A stretch of 64,000 nucleotides of DNA from Myxococcales bacterium (GTDB taxonomy: Bacteria > Myxococcota_A > UBA9042 > JABWCM01 > BTVJ01), in the NCBI GenBank assembly GCA_045863395.1, contig BTVJ01000002.1, positions 64,001 to 128,000 of the forward strand. Reading direction: 5' to 3'. The position numbers were made by a program, and so were the translations under genes. Within the stretch, counting starts at the first letter, position 1; each line of letters starts with the position of its first letter. Under the pieces are notes generated by a model, which was not told the DNA's origin, made no database searches, and saw only the letters and a program-made list of their open reading frames with translations. Shown here piece by piece: positions 18,568 through 33,011 of the stretch.

Positions 18568-19922
18568 TGGCCACTCCCGAGGCGCTCCCGGATGGCGCCG
18601 ACGGACCGCCCGATGCCGCGGGCCATCTCGGGCCAGGTCACTGCCTCCTCCTGGGAGATCACCCGGAGCGAGTAGGGGACGGTCAGCGCCAGGTTGAACG
18701 CGACCAGGGCGCCGAGGGCCGGGATCCAGGCGCGACGGAGCCGCCGGCCCGACGCCTGAAGGAGCACGGCCAGCCCGAGGGCGAACAGCGGCGTGCACTC
18801 GGTCAGGTAGCGCATGCCGAAGGCGGCTGCTCCAGACCAGTTGATCTCGCCGAGGGTGCCGATGAGCCACACGTGCGCCAGGATGGTGGCCACGGCCGCA
18901 GCGGCCCAGGTCTGGCGCTGCACCGCCGCGGCGAGCAGCCCCCCGAAGCCGATGGCGAGCACGGGGGCCCAGTAGAAGGCGCCGTGCTTGGGTGAGAAGA
19001 GCACATGGAGGATGTACGGCGACGTGAAGTCGAAGACGTTGCCTGCGATGGAGCCTGGCTCCTCCGACAGGTGGGTTGCGCCCGTGAACAGCCCGTGGTT
19101 GACGATGAGGTGGATCACCTGCAGCGAGAGGACCGCCGCCCCACCGGCAGCGGCCATGGCGGCGCCCTTGATGGCGGGTCGCGCACCTTCGGCTCGCCCG
19201 CGGTGGATGACCAGGGCGAGGAGCAGCACGCCAAACATCACGTTCTGGTAGCGCATGGCCACGAGCAGCCCGAGAAGTCCCCCGAGGAGGGCCCACCGTG
19301 GTCTCTCTCGCCACCCTTGCTGCCACAGCAGGGTCCAGCCGGCCATGAGCCCGAAGGACGCGGAGTGCACCATGGTCGGGTGGAAGAAGGTGTAGAAGAC
19401 CAGCGGGCCGCCCAGCGCCACAGCGAGGGCGGCGATGGTCGCCGGGTCCCGGTCGGCGACGCCGCGGCATGCGCGGATGGTCCACCACACGCCAAGGCAG
19501 GCGAGCAGCACGCACCCGAGGGCATAGAACGTGATGGGGATGACGCCGAAGGTGTCCGGGGCGCGACCCGACACGGTGGCCGCGCCAAGCTCCACCAGCC
19601 AGCCGACCGTGTAGAAAGGGGCCATCACGAACGCGATGCCGACGGGCCACGGCAGCTCCACCCGACCCGTCGAGGGGTTGACGGCCACGTAGCGGTCGAT
19701 GGCCTCCGTGGCGTCCTCGTCGAAGCGCCGGATCTGGTCAATCTCTGCGGTGACGTCCGTGTCCAGGTCCACGACCAGGGACCGGGTGTACATGAAGTAG
19801 GCCATGCCATCCTGCTTCAGGATGGACCGGGAGCGGGAGAAGCGAGACGTGGCGGAGAACGCGGTCAGAGCGACCCCGAGCACGAGGAGCGCGAGCAGCG
19901 CGACGCCGACTCTGCGCGTCAT
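18564..19922 (-). CDS. Polytopic GT-C fold glycosyltransferase-like membrane protein
   Basis: DGMAYFMYTRSL..D.D, WPVG, MRYQN, LFSPKHGAFYWAP and W.G..AFGMRYL motifs. Confidence 0.75.
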   Translation of the reverse strand: MTRRVGVALLALLVLGVALTAFSATSRFSRSRSILKQDGMAYFMYTRSLVVDLDTDVTAEIDQIRRFDEDATEAIDRYVAVNPSTGRVELPWPVGIAFVMAPFYTVGWLVELGAATVSGRAPDTFGVIPITFYALGCVLLACLGVWWTIRACRGVADRDPATIAALAVALGGPLVFYTFFHPTMVHSASFGLMAGWTLLWQQGWRERPRWALLGGLLGLLVAMRYQNVMFGVLLLALVIHRGRAEGARPAIKGAAMAAAGGAAVLSLQVIHLIVNHGLFTGATHLSEEPGSIAGNVFDFTSPYILHVLFSPKHGAFYWAPVLAIGFGGLLAAAVQRQTWAAAAVATILAHVWLIGTLGEINWSGAAAFGMRYLTECTPLFALGLAVLLQASGRRLRRAWIPALGALVAFNLALTVPYSLRVISQEEAVTWPEMARGIGRSVGAIRERLGSGQ

Positions 19923-20031
19923 GGGGAGGTGTTGCCGAGTGAAGGGGTGGTCGCCATGCCGCGATTAGACCCGGTCGCGCCGCCGCTGGCAAGCCGTTGA
20001 CCGCGGGTTCACGCGTCGCCATGATCTCGCC

Positions 20032-24897
<4,866 letters not shown>

Positions 24898-24985
24898 GGA
24901 CGTCAGCGATCAGCGGCCTCTCTGTCGTGGTGTCGTCGGAGCGCTGACGACCGGACCCTGACCCCTGATGGTCGAACCCTGCCTG

Positions 24986-25154
24986 CTAGTAGGGCGTCGC
25001 CGAAGTAATGATGCAACCGGGAGGGCCGATCCATCCCCGCCAGGCGCCCGGCCCAAGCTTGAAATACCATGAGTATTCCGGCGCTTGGGCCGAACGCCTG
25101 GCGGGGCGCCTCGACCCTCCGGATTGCATCATTACTTATGCGACGCCCTACTAG
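24986..25154. mobile_element. 169-bp CTAG-bounded near-perfect palindrome; candidate MITE/REPIN-like element or structured RNA
   Basis: Outer 44 bp of the arms match at 39/44 ungapped; inner perfect 12-bp and 10-bp stems; non-coding; lies between convergent genes. Confidence 0.55.
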
Positions 25155-27586
25155 TGGACACAGGCGTCGATCAGGAGGTCATCGACCCAGGGGCCCGGGA
25201 GCGCGTTGAAGAGCGAGTCCAGCGTGACGAAGCGGAGCGCGACGCGTGCCGTCTGTCCGTTCAGGCCGGTGATGGGCAAGCGGATCAGGTGGAACCACTT
25301 GCCCCCGAGCATCTCGCCCTGCGGACCCGCGTCCCAGTAGGGGGTCATCGGGGCGTCGCTGCTCCACAGTGTCTGCTGGCCGCCCTCCGTCACGACCAGG
25401 ACCGACAGGACGTCGTGGTGGGGGCCGTCGGTGAATCCAGCCGTCCACTCGTTCTCGATGCGCACCCACAAGGAGACGGTGGTGCCCGGCTCCACGACGA
25501 AGGGGGCGGTCGCCACGGCCACGTCGATGAGGCCCCCGTCGTAGGTGTCCGTCTCCGGGTTCACGGCGCGGAGGCAGCCGCCAGGGGAGTGGCAACCCTC
25601 GGCCGACCAGGTCCAGGCGACTCCGCTCGTGGGGTCGCTGTCCCAGAGGGGGAAGAGCAGCTCCGGCTGGGGGAAGTCGGTCGTCAGAAGAGGCGCGCAG
25701 CACCCGGTGGCCCCCGTGAACTCAAAGGAGCACGTGCCGTCGTCGCAGCCGCCGCCCGTGCAGGGGTCCCCGTCCTCGCAGTCTGCCGTGCCCTCGCAGC
25801 ACGCGGGGACGTGGACGCACCCTCCCGCCGAGCAGCGGTCGTCGGTGCAGGGGTCGTCGTCCAGGCAGTCGGAGGCGTCGGCGCAGCAGCCGGGGAGCGC
25901 GCCGTGGGTGCAGCGACCCCCGTCTGGGGGGCAGGTGTCCACGGTGCAGGGGTCCCCGTCCGCGCACGTGCCACCCTTCAGGCAGCAATCGAAGGACGGC
26001 GGGTTGGCGCAGGTCCCCGGTGGTCCACCCATGCAGAGGTCGTCGGTGCAGGGGTCGCCGTCCCAGCAGCTCGCGGCGGTCACGCAGCAGCCCTTCGTCG
26101 GGGCGTGGGCGCAGAAACCCTCCTGGCAGGAGTCCGCCGTGCACGGGTCGTCGTCGTCACAGGGGATGTCCGGGAGGCAGAGCGCGGGAGCGAGGTGCAT
26201 GCACGCGCCGTTGATGCACAGGTCCGTCGTCGTGGCGTGTCCGTCGTTGCACGCCTGCACGGAGACGCAGGGGGCTGGGGCGCAGGTGGTCGTCACCGCG
26301 ATCCAGTCCACGAGGACGCCAAGCCCCTCGTTGAAGGCCGAGTCCACGGTGTCGAAGCGGAGGCGGAGCTGAATCGTCTGCCCCCCGAAGGCAGTGAGGG
26401 AGATGGCGACCTCGTGCCAACTCTGCGTGGACGGCAGCGCAGACTTGGTCCAGAGGAGGACTGCGCCGCCGGAGGTCACCGCGTGAACGGTCAGGTGGTC
26501 TGCCAGCAGCCCCGGCTCGGCGTCGAAGAGCAGGCGCAGGGTCGCCGTGGTCGCGGCCCCTGCGGGTACGAGAAACGGGGGGCTCGTCGCTTCCCCGCTC
26601 GACGTCCCCACGTCGAAGCCGCCGGTCTCTGGATCTCCGAACCACAACACGGGCGAGCCGGCCGGCCCGAACGGGGGGACCACGCTCCAGCCCGCGCCGC
26701 CCTCGCCCTCGATCTGCCAGCCCGCCGCCTCTCCGTCGTCGAAGCTGGCGCTCCAGACCGCCGGTGTGCAGCACTCGGGCGCCGGTGAGGGAGCGTGAAC
26801 GCAGGATGCGCTCACGCACGAGTCCAGGGTGCACGGGTCCTCGTCGACACACTGGGCGTGGGACGAGCAGCAGAACGTGGGGTCGTGGAGGCACCCCGCG
26901 CCCGGGGCGCAGGAGTCGGCCGTGCAGGGGTCTCCGTCATCGCAGGCCGCCGCCGCGTGCGTACAGAGTGAGGTCGCCTCGCTGCACCCGTCGTCGGTAC
27001 AGGGGTCGCCGTCGTCGCAGAGCTCGGGGATGACGAAGCAGCCGGCGAGCGGGTCGCAGCCGTCGAGGGTGCACACGGAGCCGTCGTCACAGGGCACGAA
27101 GGCGTGCGCACACTCTCCGTCCACGCAGGAGTCGAGGGTGCACGGCGAGGAGTCGTCGCAGTCCCCGTCTTTCAGGCAGGGACCTGGGCCTGCGTCCGTC
27201 TCTCCGTCGCCGTGGTCGCCCGCGTCCGCGCCCGCGTCTCCGCCCGCGTCTCCGCTCGCGTCCGCGCCCGCGTCCGCGCCCGCGTCCGCGCCCGCGTCCG
27301 CGTCCGCGTCTCCGCCCGTGGTCTCATCCCCGTCGTGGGTCTGCGAGCCGTCGCCCGCGTCGGGACCCTGTACGTCGCTCAGGTCGCCATCGGGGAGAGC
27401 GCCGCCGGAGTCCGCATCGGCCGGGCCGTCACAGCCGGTCTCCGGGCACCCGTTCCCCGAACCGCCGTCGCCCGGCACTCCATCGGCGTGGGCGGCCCCG
27501 TCGTCGGTCCCAGGTCCGCTCCAGGGACGGACCTCGGCGCAGGCAGAGAGCGTCACGAGCCATGCGAGCAGCCACCCAAGTTTCAT
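25151..27586 (-). CDS. Cys-rich predicted lipoprotein with acidic linker, CDDGDPCT repeats and two beta-sandwich (MAM/immune-inhibitor-like) domains
   Basis: MKLGWLLAWLVTLSAC; ADAG repeats; duplicated motif L..F.G.T..LR.RF.T.DS.FN...G..VD. Confidence 0.78.
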   Translation of the reverse strand: MKLGWLLAWLVTLSACAEVRPWSGPGTDDGAAHADGVPGDGGSGNGCPETGCDGPADADSGGALPDGDLSDVQGPDAGDGSQTHDGDETTGGDADADAGADAGADAGADASGDAGGDAGADAGDHGDGETDAGPGPCLKDGDCDDSSPCTLDSCVDGECAHAFVPCDDGSVCTLDGCDPLAGCFVIPELCDDGDPCTDDGCSEATSLCTHAAAACDDGDPCTADSCAPGAGCLHDPTFCCSSHAQCVDEDPCTLDSCVSASCVHAPSPAPECCTPAVWSASFDDGEAAGWQIEGEGGAGWSVVPPFGPAGSPVLWFGDPETGGFDVGTSSGEATSPPFLVPAGAATTATLRLLFDAEPGLLADHLTVHAVTSGGAVLLWTKSALPSTQSWHEVAISLTAFGGQTIQLRLRFDTVDSAFNEGLGVLVDWIAVTTTCAPAPCVSVQACNDGHATTTDLCINGACMHLAPALCLPDIPCDDDDPCTADSCQEGFCAHAPTKGCCVTAASCWDGDPCTDDLCMGGPPGTCANPPSFDCCLKGGTCADGDPCTVDTCPPDGGRCTHGALPGCCADASDCLDDDPCTDDRCSAGGCVHVPACCEGTADCEDGDPCTGGGCDDGTCSFEFTGATGCCAPLLTTDFPQPELLFPLWDSDPTSGVAWTWSAEGCHSPGGCLRAVNPETDTYDGGLIDVAVATAPFVVEPGTTVSLWVRIENEWTAGFTDGPHHDVLSVLVVTEGGQQTLWSSDAPMTPYWDAGPQGEMLGGKWFHLIRLPITGLNGQTARVALRFVTLDSLFNALPGPWVDDLLIDACVH

Positions 27587-27670
27587 CCAGTCTCCACGGG
27601 ACCTCTCCCCTGCTGTCCGGGGCCCCGGGATCCTACACGGTCGCTCGCACGGCTGCACGCGAGGGCGCAG

Positions 27671-29848
27671 TCACAGGTGAGAGGCGCACCACGCCCCGAG
27701 GGCGCGCATGGCCCGGTCGATTCGGCGCCAGGTCGGGATACCCGCGCGCTGCAGGACGGTGACGCAGGGGTCGTAGAGCGCCCCCGAGTCGATGGCGGCG
27801 ACCACGGGCTTGCGCGTCGAGGCCACGACACCGGCGATGCGGTTCGGCAGGGAGCCGGCGGCCTCCACGTCCTCGCCGTGCCGACCCAGCGGGTCCCGCG
27901 GGAGCACGTCCAGCGCGGGGGTCACCGGGACCGCGGAGACCACCACCACGTCCACGCCCGGGTCCGCGACCAGCGCCTCCAAGGCCCCCACGAACTGCTC
28001 CGTGGTGGCCATCGGGGTGGCGTCGATGGGGTTGTCCGCGTGGGCCATGGGGGGCAGTTGGGCTGCGAGCCGCGCCCGGGTCTCCTCGCAGAGCCGAGCG
28101 ACCTCCAGGCCCCCGAGCGCGTCCATGGCCGACGAGCACTCGAAGCCCGCGTTGGACAGCACGCCGACCCGCCTCCCGGGTCGGTGGTTCCCCAGCAGCG
28201 TGAAGGCCACGGTGAGGTCCTGGAGCTCGTCCAGGGACTCGGCCACGAGAGCGCCCGCCGCCGCGAGCAGCGCCCGGGCCACCTCCCAGTCCCCGGCCAG
28301 CGACGCCGTGTGGCTCGCCGCCGCCGCCGCCGCCGCCTGCGTGCGCCCCGCCTTGTAGACCAGCACCGCCCTCCCGGCGGCCCGGTGGCGGCGCACCAGG
28401 TCGACGAAGCGCAGCCCGTCCAGGGGCTCGAAGCCCTCGATGTAGCAGGTGATCACGCGGACGCTCGGGTCGCCCAGGGCGTGCTCCAGCAGGTCCGCGA
28501 CCGTCAGGTCCATCTGGTTGCCGTAGGAGATGGCCGCCCTCGGTGAGACCACTCCGTCCAGGTTGCTGCCGAGGGTCACGAGGTAGGCGCCGCTCTGGCT
28601 CAGGCACAGCAGGCCGTCGCCGGGGGCGTCGCTCCACGGCAGCTTGACCCGGGGCAGGAAGAACGTGTTGTAGCGACCCTTCGCCACCACGCCGAGGCAG
28701 TTGGCCCCGACGAGCACGGGGCCGCCGTCCGTCCGGCTCCTGCTCCCCTCCAGGATGCCCGTGATCTCCGCGGCCAGCCCTCGGTCCCCCGTCTCGGCGA
28801 AGCCGCCGGGGATCAGGATCAGGCTCCGCGCCTTGCTCCCATCCACCAGGTCGCGGATCGCGTCGCGGGCTGCGTCCGCCGGGACGGAGACCACCGCCAG
28901 ATCCACGGGGCTCAGGTCCGCCACCGTGGCTACGCAGGGCACGCCGTCGATGGCCGTCTCCTTGGGGTGCACCGCCCGAAGCTCCAGCCCCGGCGCCTCG
29001 CGCAGGTTCTGCAGGATCACCCGCCCTGCGTTGGCGCCACGCCCCGACGCGCCGATGACGGCGGCCGAGCGCGGCGCGAGGAGCGTGTCGATGGCACCGA
29101 GGGGCCTCGGGGGTCGCCTCGGCCCTTGCGTGCCTGCCAGTCGCGCGACCCCGTCCAGTGCGACGACGCCTCCTCCCCGCGGCACCAGGGGGTTCACCTC
29201 CAGCTCGTCGATCCCCTCGATGGACGCCAGCCCGCGCACGGCCGCCCACAGCGCCTCCCAGCAGAACGGAGGTCGCGGGTACAGCCGCGACGGGGCCGCG
29301 AGGAGCGCAACGCCGGGCCCGAGCGACGCGGGGGCCGGCGGCCCCTGTCTCAACCGAGGGTCCGTGGCGGACGCGACCCAGGTGGAGCGCCCGGGCCCCA
29401 GCGCGCCGTACCACTCCGTGAGCACGCCGCCCAGGCCCAGCACCACCACGGGCCCGAAGGCCGGGTCCTGGCGGAGGGAGAGCAGCGCCTCACCGCCCGG
29501 ACCGTCGGGGAAGCTCACCCGCTCGCAGACGAGCACCCCGTCCACCCGCGCGTCGGGTCGCGCCGCCCGCGCCCGCGCGACCACCTCGAGCGCGGCCGCC
29601 CGCACGGCCTCGCCCTCACCGGCGCAGAAGGCCACGCCCCCGACCTCGGTCTTGTGCACGATGTCCGCCGCGTGGACCTTGACCACCACCCGGTCCGACC
29701 CCACCGCCTCCACGGCGCGTCGGGCGTCCTCCAGCGAGGGCGCGGGTCCGAGCACGGCGTGCCGGGGCGCCCCTATCCCCACGCGGCCCAGCAGCCGGTA
29801 GACCTCCGCCTCCAGCAGGCGCGCGCCCGCTCCACTCGTCTCGCTCAT
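27671..29848 (-). CDS. ADP-forming acyl-CoA synthetase (acetate--CoA ligase family), ATP-grasp domain first
   Basis: HKTEVGGV, DPAFGPVV, ELEVNPL; AVIGAS; GANCLG; SQSGA; KAGRT...AASHTASLAG; NPIDAT; no GNAT domain; AGGAG RBS. Confidence 0.9.
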   Translation of the reverse strand: MSETSGAGARLLEAEVYRLLGRVGIGAPRHAVLGPAPSLEDARRAVEAVGSDRVVVKVHAADIVHKTEVGGVAFCAGEGEAVRAAALEVVARARAARPDARVDGVLVCERVSFPDGPGGEALLSLRQDPAFGPVVVLGLGGVLTEWYGALGPGRSTWVASATDPRLRQGPPAPASLGPGVALLAAPSRLYPRPPFCWEALWAAVRGLASIEGIDELEVNPLVPRGGGVVALDGVARLAGTQGPRRPPRPLGAIDTLLAPRSAAVIGASGRGANAGRVILQNLREAPGLELRAVHPKETAIDGVPCVATVADLSPVDLAVVSVPADAARDAIRDLVDGSKARSLILIPGGFAETGDRGLAAEITGILEGSRSRTDGGPVLVGANCLGVVAKGRYNTFFLPRVKLPWSDAPGDGLLCLSQSGAYLVTLGSNLDGVVSPRAAISYGNQMDLTVADLLEHALGDPSVRVITCYIEGFEPLDGLRFVDLVRRHRAAGRAVLVYKAGRTQAAAAAAASHTASLAGDWEVARALLAAAGALVAESLDELQDLTVAFTLLGNHRPGRRVGVLSNAGFECSSAMDALGGLEVARLCEETRARLAAQLPPMAHADNPIDATPMATTEQFVGALEALVADPGVDVVVVSAVPVTPALDVLPRDPLGRHGEDVEAAGSLPNRIAGVVASTRKPVVAAIDSGALYDPCVTVLQRAGIPTWRRIDRAMRALGAWCASHL

Positions 29849-29865
29849 CGGGCTCCTCGTGTCGG

Positions 29866-31293
29866 TCAGCGCTGCAGGTCCCGCGCGGCCCGCTGCCCCC
29901 ACGCGAAGGCCTCCTCGTTCAGCGGGATCATGCTGCACTTGTCCTTGAGCGCCTGGCGGATGGCCGACAGCAGCGACTCCGCGGGCAGCAGCTCCGTGGC
30001 GGCCTGGAGCGCCCCGAGGGCGACCACGTTCTTGACCACCACGCGCCCCAGATCCGCGGCGATGCCCGTGAAGGGGACGCCGAAGACCCGGACCCCCTCC
30101 GCGACCTCCGGCACCTCCGGGATCACCGTGCTGTCATAGACGATGGTGCCGCCCGGGACCACGACCGGCCCGAACTTCGCCAGGCTCGGGGCGTTGAAGG
30201 CCACCAGCACGTGGGGGTGGGGCGCCGACGGGCTGAACACCTCCTCGGTGGCCATGTGCACGTCCGCATAGGACGTCCCGCCCCGCGACTCGGGGCCGTA
30301 GCTCGGGATGTGGGTGGAGTCGAAGCCCTCGTTGATCGCGGCCCGTGTGATGAGCATCGCCGCCGTCTGCGCGCCGTCGCCCCCGGCGCCCGCCAGCTTG
30401 AGGGCCACGTCCTCGGCCGCGATGTGTGCAGGGAAGCGGGCACCGAAGCGCGGGGCGGCCTCGTCCGTCGTCTCGAGCGCGGTCATCACCCGGTCGGGCG
30501 CGAAGGAGGGTGGCGCAGGCAGCTCGTGGGAGGGGGCCTCCACGTCCTTCTTCACCCCGAGCGGGAACACCTGGGTCATGGAGTCGCGGACCCACCCTTC
30601 TGCCTCCTCCGGTGTCATGCGCAGGTGGGTGGGGCACTCGGCGAGCACCTCGACGAAGGAGAACCCCCGCTGCTCCACCTGGAGCCGCACCGCCTTCTCG
30701 ATGGCCTTCTTGGCCCGCGTCCGCTGCTTGTTGTCGTAGAGCGCCACCCGCTCCACGTAGATGGGCCCGTCGAGCTGCGCCATCACCTCGGCCATCTTGA
30801 GCGGCTGCCCCATCCCCGGCGTTCGCCCATACGGGGACGTGCTGGTCTTCTGCCCCATGAGCGTCGTCGGCGCGAGCTGACCGCCGGTCATGCCGTAGAT
30901 GGCGTTGTTCACGAAGATGACCGAGATGGGGATGCCCGACTGGGCCGTGCTGATGATCTCGGCGAGGCCGATGGACGCCAGATCCCCGTCCCCCTGGTAG
31001 CTGATGACGATGGCCTCCGGGTTGGCGGTCTTGTGGCCGATGGCGACGGCCGGCGCGCGCCCGTGGGCCGCCTGGGAGTTGCCCGTGTCGAAGTAGTAAT
31101 AGAGGAAGACCGCGCAGCCGACGGGCGAGATCATCACCGTGCGATCCTGGATGCCGAGCTCGTCGATGGCCTCCGCCAGATACTTGTGCGCAAGGCCGTG
31201 CCCGCAGCCCGGGCAGTAGTGGGTGGACTGGCCCTTCAGGCCCTCGCCGTGGGCGTGCCGCTCGAAGCGGTCGTAGAAGACGGTGCTTGTCAT
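29866..31293 (-). CDS. 2-oxoacid:ferredoxin oxidoreductase beta-gamma fusion (VOR-like)
   Basis: HYCPGCGH, SPVGC, HGRAPAVA, GDGD..NNAIYGMTGGQ (TPP binding); C-terminal AGAGGDG..PSYGPESRGG gamma domain. Confidence 0.92.
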   Translation of the reverse strand: MTSTVFYDRFERHAHGEGLKGQSTHYCPGCGHGLAHKYLAEAIDELGIQDRTVMISPVGCAVFLYYYFDTGNSQAAHGRAPAVAIGHKTANPEAIVISYQGDGDLASIGLAEIISTAQSGIPISVIFVNNAIYGMTGGQLAPTTLMGQKTSTSPYGRTPGMGQPLKMAEVMAQLDGPIYVERVALYDNKQRTRAKKAIEKAVRLQVEQRGFSFVEVLAECPTHLRMTPEEAEGWVRDSMTQVFPLGVKKDVEAPSHELPAPPSFAPDRVMTALETTDEAAPRFGARFPAHIAAEDVALKLAGAGGDGAQTAAMLITRAAINEGFDSTHIPSYGPESRGGTSYADVHMATEEVFSPSAPHPHVLVAFNAPSLAKFGPVVVPGGTIVYDSTVIPEVPEVAEGVRVFGVPFTGIAADLGRVVVKNVVALGALQAATELLPAESLLSAIRQALKDKCSMIPLNEEAFAWGQRAARDLQR

Positions 31294-31305
31294 CGGAAGG
31301 CCTCC

Positions 31306-32685
31306 TCAGTGCGCCAGGGCGGCGACGCGGTCCACGATGTCGTGCTGCTGCGGGAGCATGCCCCCGAAGCGGCGGATGTTGGCGATGGGCGGCGCGTTGA
31401 TGCCCGCGTGGCTCAGCGCGAGGCGCAGCTCGTCCTCGAGCTGGCCGTTGCTCGCCTCGACCACCACCAGGCGCCGGACTCGCCCCATGAGGGGTGCCAG
31501 CGCGTCGATGGGGAAGGGCCACAGGGTCACCGGCCGGAACAGTCCCACCTCGTGCCCCTCGGCGCGCAGCTCCCGGACCGCCCCCTTCGCCATGTGGGAG
31601 GGCGTGTTGCACGCGACGATGAGGGTCTCGGCGTCCTCGCAGCGGTAGAGCTCCGACCGCTGCTCCGAGCGCATGGCCGCGTACTTCGCGTTGAGCTTGA
31701 TGTTGTGCTTCTCCAGGTCGGGCTCGGCGAGGTCGATGCTGCACATCAGGTTGCCGCGGTGGTCCCGGTCACCCCAGACCGCCCAGGCGGGGAGCCCCGG
31801 CTCCACCATGTGCTCGGGGAGCCTCACCTTGCCCGTCATCTGGCCCAGGTAGCCGTCCCCGAGCACGATGACGGGGTTCCGGTACTTGAAGGCCAGGTCG
31901 AAGGCCACCATGGACAGCTCCAGCATCTCCTGCGGGCTCGCGGGCGCCAGCACGAGGGCGTGGGAGTTGCCGTGGCCAAGCCCCCGGCAGGCCAGCTTGA
32001 TGTCCGCCTGCTCCGGGCCGATGTTGCCGAGCCCCGGGCCGCCCCGCATGACGTTGACGAAGACCCCGGGGATCTCGGCGCCCACCATGTAGGAGATGCC
32101 CTCGAGCATCAGGCTGAACCCCGGAGACGACGTGAAGGTCATGGAGCGCACCCCGGCGCCACCGGCCCCATACATGATGTTGACGGTGGCCACCTCGCTG
32201 ACCGCCTGGATGAAGACGCCGTCCAGCTTGGGCATCAGCTTCGCCATCAGCTCCGCCCCCTCCGTCGAGGGCGTGATGGGGTAGCCGTAGAAGTGGCGGC
32301 ACCCGGCGAGGAGCGCCCCGACGGCGGCCGCGTAGGTGCCCTTGATCACGAGGGGCTCGCACCGGGGCAGGGGGATGCGCCGGTCGGGGATGGTCCGCGC
32401 GACGGGGCGCTCCCGGGGCGCCTCTCCGAAGAGGTGGGCCGGGTCGTGCAGCTCGAAGCCCATGTCCCCGGACTGGGGCTGAAGGCCATAGGGCTCGGGG
32501 CACGCCGTCACGCACAGGCCGCAGCCGTTGCAGGACTCCAGGTGCAGCTCGACGGGGACGAGCCCGGTGGCGGGGTTGATCTCGGTCCCGAGGGTGATGC
32601 AGTGCTTGGGGCACGCGTCGATGCAGCGACCGCACCCCTTGCAGAACTCCGGGAACACGAACGGCTTGGGCTTCTCCTTGACCAT
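31306..32685 (-). CDS. 2-oxoacid:ferredoxin oxidoreductase delta-alpha fusion (2x[4Fe-4S] plus alpha; VOR-like)
   Basis: CKGCGRCIDACP and CNGCGLCVTACP; GYPITPS, SSPGFSLM, RGGPGLGNI; GGAGG RBS before ATG 32685. Confidence 0.92.
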   Translation of the reverse strand: MVKEKPKPFVFPEFCKGCGRCIDACPKHCITLGTEINPATGLVPVELHLESCNGCGLCVTACPEPYGLQPQSGDMGFELHDPAHLFGEAPRERPVARTIPDRRIPLPRCEPLVIKGTYAAAVGALLAGCRHFYGYPITPSTEGAELMAKLMPKLDGVFIQAVSEVATVNIMYGAGGAGVRSMTFTSSPGFSLMLEGISYMVGAEIPGVFVNVMRGGPGLGNIGPEQADIKLACRGLGHGNSHALVLAPASPQEMLELSMVAFDLAFKYRNPVIVLGDGYLGQMTGKVRLPEHMVEPGLPAWAVWGDRDHRGNLMCSIDLAEPDLEKHNIKLNAKYAAMRSEQRSELYRCEDAETLIVACNTPSHMAKGAVRELRAEGHEVGLFRPVTLWPFPIDALAPLMGRVRRLVVVEASNGQLEDELRLALSHAGINAPPIANIRRFGGMLPQQHDIVDRVAALAH

Positions 32686-32850
32686 GGCGACCTCCAGCAG
32701 CAGCTTCCGCGGTGAGACCACGCCGCGGCCTGGGAGGCCGCCCTGCTGTCGCTGTCGGGCGCGTCGGCCGGGCCACCCAAGCCGTGGAGTCGCCTCCACT
32801 GGGCGCAACCTAGCAGAGTCGCCCCAGGGGCCATAGGCGAATCGGACATG

Positions 32851-32880
32851 GGGTTACACATTCGGGGCGCTTGGGTTACA
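32851..32880. promoter_or_regulatory. Direct repeat GGGTTACA-N14-GGGTTACA; candidate transcription-factor site
   Basis: Exact 8-mers at 32851-32858 and 32873-32880 (22-bp period) in a divergent intergenic region. Confidence 0.5.
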
Positions 32881-33011
32881 GGTGATCGGGGCGTCGTTGC
32901 TGGTCCGGGCGTGGGGTAGACGTGCAGGGGCGGGGCGGACGGGCGCGGGGTTGCGCGGCCGGTGGCGCTCCGCTACGGTGGGCGCACCTGGAAGTGTCCA
33001 TGGAGGGAACG

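Noticed and set aside
18568..19650. N-terminal extension making a 921-aa protein
   Set aside because: Alternative frame inside the upstream GT-C gene; the real start is 18567 with ATGA coupling.
24986..25154. 6S RNA or retron msr/msd identity for the long hairpin
   Set aside because: No large central bubble, no strand bias in wobble pairs, and no reverse transcriptase in the window.
30211..32715. 834-aa plus-strand ORF
   Set aside because: Antisense to the OFOR genes and has no motifs.
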